Source: an uncultured Candidatus Saccharibacteria bacterium (GTDB lineage: Bacteria > Patescibacteriota > Saccharimonadia > Saccharimonadales > JAGQNJ01). From it: DNA of 64,000 nt. A program made the position numbers and the translations under genes. The number at the start of each line of letters is the position of its first letter. Positions within the stretch are counted from its first letter, which is position 1. The stretch is from the NCBI GenBank assembly GCA_964602865.1, contig CAZRSX010000001.1, positions 19,940 to 83,939 of the forward strand, given 5' to 3'. Of the stretch, positions 50,415 through 58,995 are shown piece after piece. Below the pieces are notes generated by a model that was given only the letters and a program-made list of their open reading frames with translations, was not told the DNA's origin and searched no databases.

Positions 50415-51392
50415 CTACTTTTTGGATTTTTTCTTTGTTTCGTAATGTCGCTCGAATAATGATTCACTAATTGTAGACGGCATAGCAACCCTGCCTTTAT
50501 TGTCTCCGTCTAGTATTTTATTAAGGTCATGCTTCTGAAAGGTGTATATTTTGGCTTTCTTTGGCTCAATCAGCTTGAAGTGTAGTTTTTGCAATGTAAG
50601 CATATTGTGCATCAACTGACCCGCCATGTAGGTGCTAGCGACTCTATTTTGCCACCTCATGAACTTAAAAGTCTTACTGAACTTCTTAACCAACTTGTCG
50701 GGTGTTTTCTCGGTCGTGGAGCTTAGATACATAAAGGCATCCTGCTTGTCTGCACCCAGAACCTTGCCATCGTCAAGCTTAAAGCCAAACTGCGTATCAA
50801 GCAGTGCCGCACCATGTTTGTATACGTTGTAGTCCTGATTATTCAAGATGTCGTAACCAAGCCTATCAACCAGTTCAACTGCTTTTTTAACATTCTCGTT
50901 CCACTCATCATCTGTCGCATTGCCATACATACCACGATTACCAAACAGTACTTCAGCTACAGCTTTGTTGTGGTCACTCTTAAAATATTCACGCTTTAGC
51001 AGTTTTTCAATTCTGCCTTTAAACTCCTTGAAATTCTTCATCTGTTCAACGCCAATCCAAGGACACTCTGGTTCCTCAACGTGAGCAAAGAATAATCTGA
51101 AGAACGATTCAATAGCGTGGTAACTGTTAATAACAATCTCTCTTTTTGCATAACCTTTGAGCCATTTTTGTGTAGTTTTGAGGTTGTTTACTTTGAGCTT
51201 GCCAACGGAGTACCCGCCGCCTAGATGCTCCTTTATGGATTTGGGATTGGCTACAATACTCCCTAGAAGAATAGCCTTACTTACGAAGTATTCTTCATCA
51301 TAATCACGGTAGAAGGTTTCGTTTATCTCTGGGATTGGATTGCGCGGGTCGTCTGCGGTAAATGGTCGTAGGTCGTTGTCTGCATTGTCCAT
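50415..51392 (-). CDS. hypothetical protein (last gene of the Hsp70 operon)
   Basis: 325 aa, K/N-rich. No motif recognised. Starts 2 nt after the upstream stop. Confidence 0.55.
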   Translation of the reverse strand: MDNADNDLRPFTADDPRNPIPEINETFYRDYDEEYFVSKAILLGSIVANPKSIKEHLGGGYSVGKLKVNNLKTTQKWLKGYAKREIVINSYHAIESFFRLFFAHVEEPECPWIGVEQMKNFKEFKGRIEKLLKREYFKSDHNKAVAEVLFGNRGMYGNATDDEWNENVKKAVELVDRLGYDILNNQDYNVYKHGAALLDTQFGFKLDDGKVLGADKQDAFMYLSSTTEKTPDKLVKKFSKTFKFMRWQNRVASTYMAGQLMHNMLTLQKLHFKLIEPKKAKIYTFQKHDLNKILDGDNKGRVAMPSTISESLFERHYETKKKSKK

Positions 51393-51394
51393 AT

Positions 51395-52057
51395 CTACTC
51401 AATAACTGACCATATAAGTAACGAAAGAAATGTAGAAAGTACCCATAAAACACCCGTACCGATACGATACGGTGTTCTCATCTTTGCGAACTTGCTACTA
51501 ATGTACTCAATGAGCATCGAGAGCACGCTAAGTGCGACCATAAAGCCTGCACATAGAAATCCCATCTTCCAGCCAAGTAACAAACCAACGGCAAATCCTA
51601 GCTTCACATCTCCGCCGCCAATCCATCTGCCCTGTGAGATTTGGAATAGCAGGAAAGGAATACCACCCACTGCTAAACCACCTAGTAATGCATTACCTAA
51701 CACACCCCAGTCGTTAGTAAGGGCTGCTAACAGAAGCTGAAATATAATGATTAGAATTGTCAGCGGTCTTGTTATAGCGTCTGGCAGTAACAGTGTCTTG
51801 ATATTTGCTAAAGCTAATGTAAACAAGGCAAGCACAATAACAGCCCATACTACATATATGACCGTGTTGCCTACACTTTGTGCCGTATCAGCCCAACTAT
51901 TAAATGTGGCATACAGAACAATACCTAAAAGTAGCTCTGGTAATATGCCTCCTCTTTGGAATAATCCGTTTAGATCAGGCTTTTTGTCTTCAGGATATGC
52001 CCAACGGACGAATGGTATAGAAGTTTTATACTTGAACGCTTCGAGTGCCTTTATCAT
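51395..52057 (-). CDS. A24-family (prepilin-peptidase-like) membrane aspartyl protease homolog
   Basis: 220 aa, polytopic. TLLLPDAITRPL and WIGGGDVKLGFAVGLLLG correspond to the two catalytic-Asp motifs of PilD/FlaK-type enzymes. No N-terminal methyltransferase or Cys region. Confidence 0.6.
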   Translation of the reverse strand: MIKALEAFKYKTSIPFVRWAYPEDKKPDLNGLFQRGGILPELLLGIVLYATFNSWADTAQSVGNTVIYVVWAVIVLALFTLALANIKTLLLPDAITRPLTILIIIFQLLLAALTNDWGVLGNALLGGLAVGGIPFLLFQISQGRWIGGGDVKLGFAVGLLLGWKMGFLCAGFMVALSVLSMLIEYISSKFAKMRTPYRIGTGVLWVLSTFLSLLIWSVIE

Positions 52058-53127
52058 TACACCCTCTCTAGGCTAGCGAACTGCTTATAATACTCAATTT
52101 CGTCCTCTGAAATTGATGGTACTGTGCTTCTTATAGTTTCCTCTAAGAGAGCTTGGTCAATGTAGTCCTTGTCTAGTGCGACAGCGTCTCTAGCCGCTTC
52201 AGTAACTATTAATTCAATATCAGCGCTGACATAGTATTCGGTCAACCCAGCCAATTTTCTATAATCAATATCTTGGGTTGGACGTTCTGACAAGAACAAC
52301 TTAAACAGTTCTTCACGAGCCTCTAAGTCAGGCGGAGAAACCATAACACGTTTATCCATTCTCCCAGCTCGTAGCAGAGCAGTATCAATTAGGTGCGGCC
52401 TATTTGTTGCGGCTACAACAAGAACCTTGCTTTTGCCTGCGTCATTCAGCTGCATTAAGAACTCGTTTATTTCTTCTTGCTTGTGCTGAGATTCAGAACC
52501 TAAGCTCTCTCGCTTTGGAATAAGCCCCTCAATCTCATCTATAAAAATGATTGAAGGTGCTTTTAACTTAGCCATTTCAAACAATCTGCCAACCTTGCTA
52601 ACTGTGCCGTGAATGTAAGACGAGGCAATATCGGAGTGCTTTACTTCTACAAAATTGTAGCCTAGCTCTTCAGCAAGTTTCCTGACTATAAAGGTTTTGC
52701 CACAGCCCGGAGGGCCATACAGCAAGATACCGTTCGGTACAGATAGCTTAAACTTCTCATATTTTTCGGGATTCAGCAGAGGCTTGATGACATCATTTAA
52801 TAGAATGTGTTTCAATTCCGTCATACCAGCTACAGAAGCAAAACCTTTGAGTTGCGTTAGTCCATCTATGATTTCGGTAACGTGTTCCTGTGAATATTCA
52901 CTAGTGATAATTCCTAGATACTCAACACCCTGATGAGTAATCTTAATCAGCTTTTCTTTGCTACTACGAATATCACTTAGCTTTAGATTGATAAACAGGT
53001 ATAAAAAATTATCATCACTGAGCCTATAAACCTCCGTAAAGAATACTTTGTCTATCCTGTTTGCTACGGTTACACCTTTGTTTACTTCGTAGCCATTGTA
53101 TAAAAGTGGTTTAGACGGATTGCTCAT
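52057..53127 (-). CDS. classical AAA+ ATPase (Cdc48/FtsH-type module) with a novel ~120-aa N-domain
   Basis: GILLYGPPGCGKT (Walker A), IIFIDEIE (Walker B), ATNRPHLIDTALLRAGRMDKRV (second region of homology). Confidence 0.85.
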   Translation of the reverse strand: MSNPSKPLLYNGYEVNKGVTVANRIDKVFFTEVYRLSDDNFLYLFINLKLSDIRSSKEKLIKITHQGVEYLGIITSEYSQEHVTEIIDGLTQLKGFASVAGMTELKHILLNDVIKPLLNPEKYEKFKLSVPNGILLYGPPGCGKTFIVRKLAEELGYNFVEVKHSDIASSYIHGTVSKVGRLFEMAKLKAPSIIFIDEIEGLIPKRESLGSESQHKQEEINEFLMQLNDAGKSKVLVVAATNRPHLIDTALLRAGRMDKRVMVSPPDLEAREELFKLFLSERPTQDIDYRKLAGLTEYYVSADIELIVTEAARDAVALDKDYIDQALLEETIRSTVPSISEDEIEYYKQFASLERV

Positions 53128-53132
53128 AGTTC

Positions 53133-54980
53133 CTACCTTAGATTATTACATTCAGTAGCTTTAGAGTTTACTTGGTTTACTAGGCTATTCTGTCTAGGCA
53201 CCAAGGCATTAAAACTATCCACATCATCGTACAGTTCGTATCTATTCATAGATGTTTCCACGCTATCCAGTTGGCTCTTGAGGCTATCATACTCTCTAAC
53301 ACAAGCATCGTATGCGGAGGACGACGAGCCGCGTGAACCCGAGCTGCTTCCTGTGGAAGTTCCTGTGTTTGTACCCGAATCGCTACTCGTACTACCCCAT
53401 ATTATCAATCCAATGATTCCTATAACCACCCACCAAATCCACTGCTTGACAGCATTTTTTCGCCGAATAGCTGGCAGGTGAATGGCCAGATTTCCATAAA
53501 TACTGCTGTCAATGAGCACTATCAAAATCATCTCTTCAAACTGCTCTTTAAATGATTCGGGCGCACCGTCTATTATCGAGTTTCTGTATGCCTGTACGTT
53601 CTCAAGATTCAATGAACCAGCGTTACTAGTCAATGCCTCGATTTTGTTCAATACTCCGTCTAGCGACTTTTTATCAAAGTCAAAGTAGCTGATATAACTA
53701 AGAACAAAGTCTCGCAACCCTAAGAAATTACTTTGAGCCTCATCAAACTTGCCAGCGTTAAATTGCGCCATACATTCTTTATAGTCTTTTGTGGCAATCC
53801 CAGTAACACACCACTTAATACGAGAGTAAAAATACTCCATTAGTTCCTTGTCGCCCTTGTGCTTCTGCATTTGGGCTTCTATCTGGTCTAAAGCTTGGGT
53901 GAATTTCTCATCTTCAAGTAGGTCATTGATAGGAATAATTACTTTTTCATTTGCAATGTTTTTTCTTATCTGGACTACATCTTTGGCGAGTTTTTGTTTT
54001 GTCCCCACAGTACCGGCAATCTTTTCTGCTGCCTGAAGCAGTGCTGCTGGCTTGGCGGATTCGTAAAGGTTGTTGTACATATCAAGCGCAACTGTTCTGA
54101 TTGCTTCTGCCGCTTTGTCTCGCATAGTCTTAGACTGGCTATCACTGTACAGGCCTAGTTCTTTGAGCTTATTGAAGTTGTCCTGTAGCTTCTTTAGGAG
54201 CTGCTTAACAGTTTTTACTTCATCATCGCTGATAATGTTGTCTTCGCTGATATTCAACGTTCTAAGTTTCTCTGACGCTTCGTGGATAGCTTCATAGATT
54301 GGAGAAAGTACATCTTGTTGCATTTTCTGGCCTTTTGCACCAAAGACTTGTGCGAAAAGGGAGTAAAAACTATTGTCCTTATTGCTCTGACTGACATCTG
54401 TATAAAAGTCAGAAAGAACGTCTATGACTTTCTCTTGAAAATCTTTTAGTGCGTTACTGCTCGTACCTACTTCGTCATTGAGTGCATATATCTTTCCAAA
54501 ATATGCCCAGAACTTATCAGATGTTACTAGGTCTTTCCAATTTGATATTGATTGAGTTAGATATTTCTTTTGACCCTTATCCGCTAAGAGCAGGGAGTTG
54601 ATGATTGCAAGATTCTTTTTGGCTACAAACCCTGTTGCAGTTTCCTTGCTTGAATCTTCAGTCCAAACTTCAATCGCTTCGTCAAGTTTGTTGCTCCGCA
54701 AAAGCTTCAAGGCTTTCTCGCCACTGTCATTATGTACGTCAAACCAAAAGAAATACTCTTGTATCCTTTTCGTTGGCGAGCTTAGTTTCTGTACAGCCTC
54801 TTTTACGGAGTGTTCTGTTCTTGTTGGTTTTGTAATAGATAGGTCAGTTTCATACTCTGACTGCTCATCAATCCTTAGGAGGTTAACAATCTCTTTAGAA
54901 CGCCTATTTATCTCTTTCTGTGAGGCAGACGTATCAAGACCTAGGACATTGTACGCATTATCACGAAAGAGGCTAGCCAT
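53133..54980 (-). CDS. J-domain-like protein lacking HPD, with a single TM helix near the C-terminus
   Basis: 615 aa. NAYNVLGLDTSASQKEINRRSKEIVNLLRIDEQ follows the J-domain helix I/II pattern but has RID where HPD is expected. WIWWVVIGIIGLIIWG is the TM helix, followed by an S/G/T-rich linker and an ~80-aa tail. Confidence 0.5.
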   Translation of the reverse strand: MASLFRDNAYNVLGLDTSASQKEINRRSKEIVNLLRIDEQSEYETDLSITKPTRTEHSVKEAVQKLSSPTKRIQEYFFWFDVHNDSGEKALKLLRSNKLDEAIEVWTEDSSKETATGFVAKKNLAIINSLLLADKGQKKYLTQSISNWKDLVTSDKFWAYFGKIYALNDEVGTSSNALKDFQEKVIDVLSDFYTDVSQSNKDNSFYSLFAQVFGAKGQKMQQDVLSPIYEAIHEASEKLRTLNISEDNIISDDEVKTVKQLLKKLQDNFNKLKELGLYSDSQSKTMRDKAAEAIRTVALDMYNNLYESAKPAALLQAAEKIAGTVGTKQKLAKDVVQIRKNIANEKVIIPINDLLEDEKFTQALDQIEAQMQKHKGDKELMEYFYSRIKWCVTGIATKDYKECMAQFNAGKFDEAQSNFLGLRDFVLSYISYFDFDKKSLDGVLNKIEALTSNAGSLNLENVQAYRNSIIDGAPESFKEQFEEMILIVLIDSSIYGNLAIHLPAIRRKNAVKQWIWWVVIGIIGLIIWGSTSSDSGTNTGTSTGSSSGSRGSSSSAYDACVREYDSLKSQLDSVETSMNRYELYDDVDSFNALVPRQNSLVNQVNSKATECNNLR

Positions 54981-57514
54981 TACTTTGTAATTCCTGACAT
55001 ACTTGAACTGATCTCTTCTTGTGTATCTTCTGGGAGCAGTTCAAGCAAATTGCGAACGCAACGTTTTAGTTCGTCTACGTCGCTATCTGTAATGGCTTTT
55101 TCCGCCTTGCCTATGAAGTAGTCTGCATCAGTTTGATTTGAAAGCTCATTACGCTTGCTCTTAATCTGGTCGAGCATATATACCCAAGCGGCAGGATTTT
55201 GGAACACGAAGCGCATTGTAACCTGCTCAAGCTGCTCATTCACACGCAAGAGCAAGGTTTTATCCTGTGCCCTAACTGCTTTCTCGCCTTCTTTTTCAAG
55301 CTCTTTGAGTTCTGCCAAAGCTTCTTGCTTACTTGTGTCGTCCGTAAGCTCTGCTATAACTCCATTGGCATTCTCAATCTTTGCCCTAAATTCATCTGTC
55401 AATTGTGGCAGCTCTTTTGAAGACTCGAGTGAATCAAAGCTTGTTTTTAACTCACGCATATCACGCTCGGCCTTGTTCTTATCATCATTATCAAGATTTG
55501 CGTTCTTGATGTTGGTACTCAAATCATCAATGCTATTTTCAAGCTGTTCATACTCTTCTTCAGATACATTGTTTTTTATTGACTTGAGACGTTCTCTCTG
55601 TACCGCCAAATCTCTTTCTAGCTCGGCGACATCTACATCTTGTTTGTAAGTGTCTGCTCGTACGTTCAACGTTAACTCTACGCTTGGAATGTATACCTCT
55701 ACTAACACGGTGCGAGATTCGTCCACGCTAATAGTTATATCTACTTCCGTTGCTTCCGGTAAGTCATACGGGAGCTTTTTACCGTCAATATGAAGCGTAG
55801 TAATCACTTCGTTATTGGACGGATTCGTAGAATCGCCCTCGTACACTTTAATCGGCAGCTTGTTATCTTTACCTTTTTCCAGTCTTTTAACAGTCTTGTA
55901 GTTATTTGTCTTTTTAAGTGGGGGAATACTGTTCTTCTCAAAGTAGGGGTCACATACTTCGGTCATCTGAAAACCACTGTCAAAGCCTTTTTTTGCATAT
56001 ACCACGCCATAGCTATGAGGGATTGGTGCGCCAGCAACGGTCAGTCCGTGCGTAACCGAGAAGTTGTCTGGAAAAATAGGAATCGTATTGCCAGCGTTAT
56101 CAAACAGATACAGCCAGTAAACGTTAGTTTTAGCTCTCTCAATAGCAATAGTGTCAAAGAACTTGCCGTTCCTAAGTTTGATTTTTGAACTCGTATAAAT
56201 ACCACTGTCAGATTGTATTTGCACAAAGTAATCCGAGTCAGTATCTTTTAGCTCCTCAACTATACCCGTAATAGTCTGGTCTTCGTCAGATGTCATTGAA
56301 TCGTAGTTAAGGGCTACATTAACTTCATCTTTAGCGGAATCACGACCCTCGTTTAATATTTCAGTCGGCACTCTTTGGCTAAGTCCAAATATGCTTGCAC
56401 CCCTAGCAACTACTGTTAATGGGTCAATGGAGCTATCAACTTTTATACCAAACTCGCTTTCTAGAGTTTTACGTATGTATGGTATCTGTGTTGGCCCACC
56501 GACTAGGACAATTCTAGAAACAGTACTTTGAGAAATACCCGACTCTTTTAGGGTTTTCTTTACTAGTTCAACCGTTTTGGTAACGTGCGGCTTGATAATC
56601 TCCTCGAACTGCGAACGAGTTAGAGTAATTGAGGCATATACTTCTTCACCGTTTTCATCTTTGCCAATGTCTTCAACTTCAAGGGTCGTTTTATCATATT
56701 GAGAAAGCTCAATCTTGGCTGCTTCTGCAATAGCCTTGAGTCTTGCAAATATGCTGGTGTACTTCTCGGAACTCCTGTCGAAGTCCGTAAGTTTATATTT
56801 GCTTAGGATTGCTGGTTTTATAACTTCATCAATTATCTTGAGGTCAAAATCTTTACCACCCAAGAAGTTATCGCCGCTATGTCCGAGAACAGTAAGATTA
56901 CTATCTTTAGATGAAATTAGGGCAACATCAAATGTGCCACCGCCCAAGTCATACACCAGCCAGTTTTCGTTTTCGGATTTTTCAAAGCCATAAGCCATTG
57001 CGGCAGCAATTGGCTCTTGCAGTAGAACAATATACTTAAATCCGGCCAGCTCACCAGCCCTCTTAGTCGCCTCCGCCTGCAGTGATGAGAAATGGGCGGG
57101 TACAGTAATGACTGCCGCTATCGTTGATAAATCGGTATATTTTCTACTCGCGTCTTCCTTTAGGCTTTTTAATATCTCTGCCGACACTTCTTCTGGCGTT
57201 AAGTCTGCATTTATACGCTCAAAGCGAATAGTTTCGCCAGTACCCATTAGTCGCTTTACTTCGGCTTTGTTGTTCTTAATCTCCTCATCAGACGATGATT
57301 TGTAGAGCCTGTCGTATGCCTTTACGCCAACAATTTTGTTTCCTGACTTATCAATTCCGAAAACAGAGGGCGTGTAGTCACTGCCAGCACCATTCTTAAC
57401 AATTTCTGTCTTGCCATTAACATTGACAGCTATGGCCGAGTTGGTTGTGCCCAAGTCTATGCCAATGTTAATAACACCGTCATTTTTCTTGGATTTAGGG
57501 TCATTACTTTTCAA
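54980..57514 (-). CDS. atypical Hsp70-family ATPase (844 aa)
   Basis: IGIDLGTTNSAIAV, DLGGGTFDVALI and VLVGGPTQIPYIRKTL are actin-fold Hsp70 nucleotide-binding motifs. A long charged helical C-terminal extension follows. Confidence 0.9.
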   Translation of the reverse strand: MKSNDPKSKKNDGVINIGIDLGTTNSAIAVNVNGKTEIVKNGAGSDYTPSVFGIDKSGNKIVGVKAYDRLYKSSSDEEIKNNKAEVKRLMGTGETIRFERINADLTPEEVSAEILKSLKEDASRKYTDLSTIAAVITVPAHFSSLQAEATKRAGELAGFKYIVLLQEPIAAAMAYGFEKSENENWLVYDLGGGTFDVALISSKDSNLTVLGHSGDNFLGGKDFDLKIIDEVIKPAILSKYKLTDFDRSSEKYTSIFARLKAIAEAAKIELSQYDKTTLEVEDIGKDENGEEVYASITLTRSQFEEIIKPHVTKTVELVKKTLKESGISQSTVSRIVLVGGPTQIPYIRKTLESEFGIKVDSSIDPLTVVARGASIFGLSQRVPTEILNEGRDSAKDEVNVALNYDSMTSDEDQTITGIVEELKDTDSDYFVQIQSDSGIYTSSKIKLRNGKFFDTIAIERAKTNVYWLYLFDNAGNTIPIFPDNFSVTHGLTVAGAPIPHSYGVVYAKKGFDSGFQMTEVCDPYFEKNSIPPLKKTNNYKTVKRLEKGKDNKLPIKVYEGDSTNPSNNEVITTLHIDGKKLPYDLPEATEVDITISVDESRTVLVEVYIPSVELTLNVRADTYKQDVDVAELERDLAVQRERLKSIKNNVSEEEYEQLENSIDDLSTNIKNANLDNDDKNKAERDMRELKTSFDSLESSKELPQLTDEFRAKIENANGVIAELTDDTSKQEALAELKELEKEGEKAVRAQDKTLLLRVNEQLEQVTMRFVFQNPAAWVYMLDQIKSKRNELSNQTDADYFIGKAEKAITDSDVDELKRCVRNLLELLPEDTQEEISSSMSGITK

Positions 57515-57980
57515 GGATAACCACCTTTGCTTTCTTAATGAGCTGCCCTTTATGGAAAACGGCTGGCTCGTGAGTTTCTTTAATCACACTCTCCTTAACA
57601 TTGGTGTCTTTTTCAATGTTGAGAATATCTAAGTTAAGACCTTCGTTATATTTTTGGTCAGTGTAGTCGACAAAAGTAATATCGTTCTTGTCTAAGAAAC
57701 GCTTTAGTTTACTTATGGAGTTTTCAAATGCTTTATTTTGGTCATCTGATAAGTCCTTGGAGGATTTACTAATACGCCTCTCCAGTCTCCAAACCTCAAC
57801 AGCTACATCTACCAGGTTTTGTGCACTTGGTGTTATCTCAATAAACTTGGTTTGAACAGAATCATATATTCTTCTACTGAGCAGACGATATTGCCTATTT
57901 GATTGCTTTAGTAGTAAATACGCAATACCACAGGTCGCAGCACTGATGAAGATTGTAAATATAATAAGAATTGTGGTCAT
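57504..57980 (-). CDS. membrane-anchored GrpE-like protein
   Basis: 158 aa. N-terminal TM helix ILIIFTIFISAATCGIAYLLL. The C-terminal FLDKNDITFVDYTDQKYNEGLN...VIKETHEPAVFHKGQLIKKAKVVILEK parallels the GrpE C-terminal domain pattern (G..FDP..H.A...V..GY.L.GR.LR.A.V.V). Confidence 0.45.
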   Translation of the reverse strand: MTTILIIFTIFISAATCGIAYLLLKQSNRQYRLLSRRIYDSVQTKFIEITPSAQNLVDVAVEVWRLERRISKSSKDLSDDQNKAFENSISKLKRFLDKNDITFVDYTDQKYNEGLNLDILNIEKDTNVKESVIKETHEPAVFHKGQLIKKAKVVILEK

Positions 57981-58085
57981 AATAATATAAGCTGTTCGTT
58001 AACTAATTAAACTATACAACATTTACTCCTTAAAATCTCCTATAAATAGCACTTTTGGTGGCTTGGTTCCATACATACATAACGA

Positions 58086-58793
58086 TCATTGCTGGTAGCT
58101 CGTTACCACACCGTTGTCTAGATATACATATTGTCCATCGTATATCGGGCTACCATATACCCATTGTTCGCTAGTGCCATATGAGTTGGTGGTTGAATTA
58201 ACATCGTCTGGATACCCTAGGCTATATATAACTTCCACGGACTTCATGCCTACGCCGATCTTTCTGCCCTCGGATATCTGACTAATCCTATCCTCTGTGG
58301 TTATATCTAGCAGCTTGGATATGATTGTCCTGCATTCTTCTTGTGTCCAGTTGCGTCTACCCTCAAATGTTGGCCAGCCACCGTTAATCAGATTCTGGTC
58401 GTTTCGCATACGAACGTTTTTGTGATTCTGGCAGTACGCAGGTGCATACTTATCAACCTTAGCTTTGAGTGCTTCGGCAATCTTATTTAGGTCATCTACT
58501 GTTTTCTCGACATTGGCAGCCTGTTCCTGTTCGGAAGTCTGAGCTGGCTTATCATTCTTGCTGGTCTGGTTGCTAGATTCTTCCGAACCAACGGCACCGA
58601 TAGCTGCAATTACGACAAATGCTGTGATGGCGATTTTTGCCCACTTAGGGAACTTCTTTGATTGCCACATTAACACGAACAGCACTATCGGGAACGTCAG
58701 CGTAAATACTGACAGAACAATAAGGACGATACCCCACGACCTTTTGTACCAAGGTTTTTGTTTTTGTGATGCTTTCTTGTTTGGTTGACGCAT
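58086..58793 (-). CDS. hypothetical membrane protein with a small C-terminal beta-rich domain
   Basis: Trimmed to MRQPNKK (ATG at complement 58791-58793, RBS AAGGAGAAAGCT). Two TM helices. The C-terminal GMKSVEVIYSLGYPD...EQWVYG...YVYLDNGVVTSYQ is BamE/SmpA-like in pattern. Confidence 0.5.
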   Translation of the reverse strand: MRQPNKKASQKQKPWYKRSWGIVLIVLSVFTLTFPIVLFVLMWQSKKFPKWAKIAITAFVVIAAIGAVGSEESSNQTSKNDKPAQTSEQEQAANVEKTVDDLNKIAEALKAKVDKYAPAYCQNHKNVRMRNDQNLINGGWPTFEGRRNWTQEECRTIISKLLDITTEDRISQISEGRKIGVGMKSVEVIYSLGYPDDVNSTTNSYGTSEQWVYGSPIYDGQYVYLDNGVVTSYQQ

Positions 58794-58995
58794 AGCTTTC
58801 TCCTTTGCAAGCGACAAGTAATGACACATGCCAGCAGTGAAAGCTAGACCCAAATAAAAAGGACAGCCACGCTGGACTGTCTAGGACCCAAACAAGCAGT
58901 TATGCCTATTCTTTTTTACGTAGCTGCCCATTTTACGGCACAACTACGTAAGCAACGTTACGGTAACTAATTGTTTGAATCCTAGACAAATCCTA

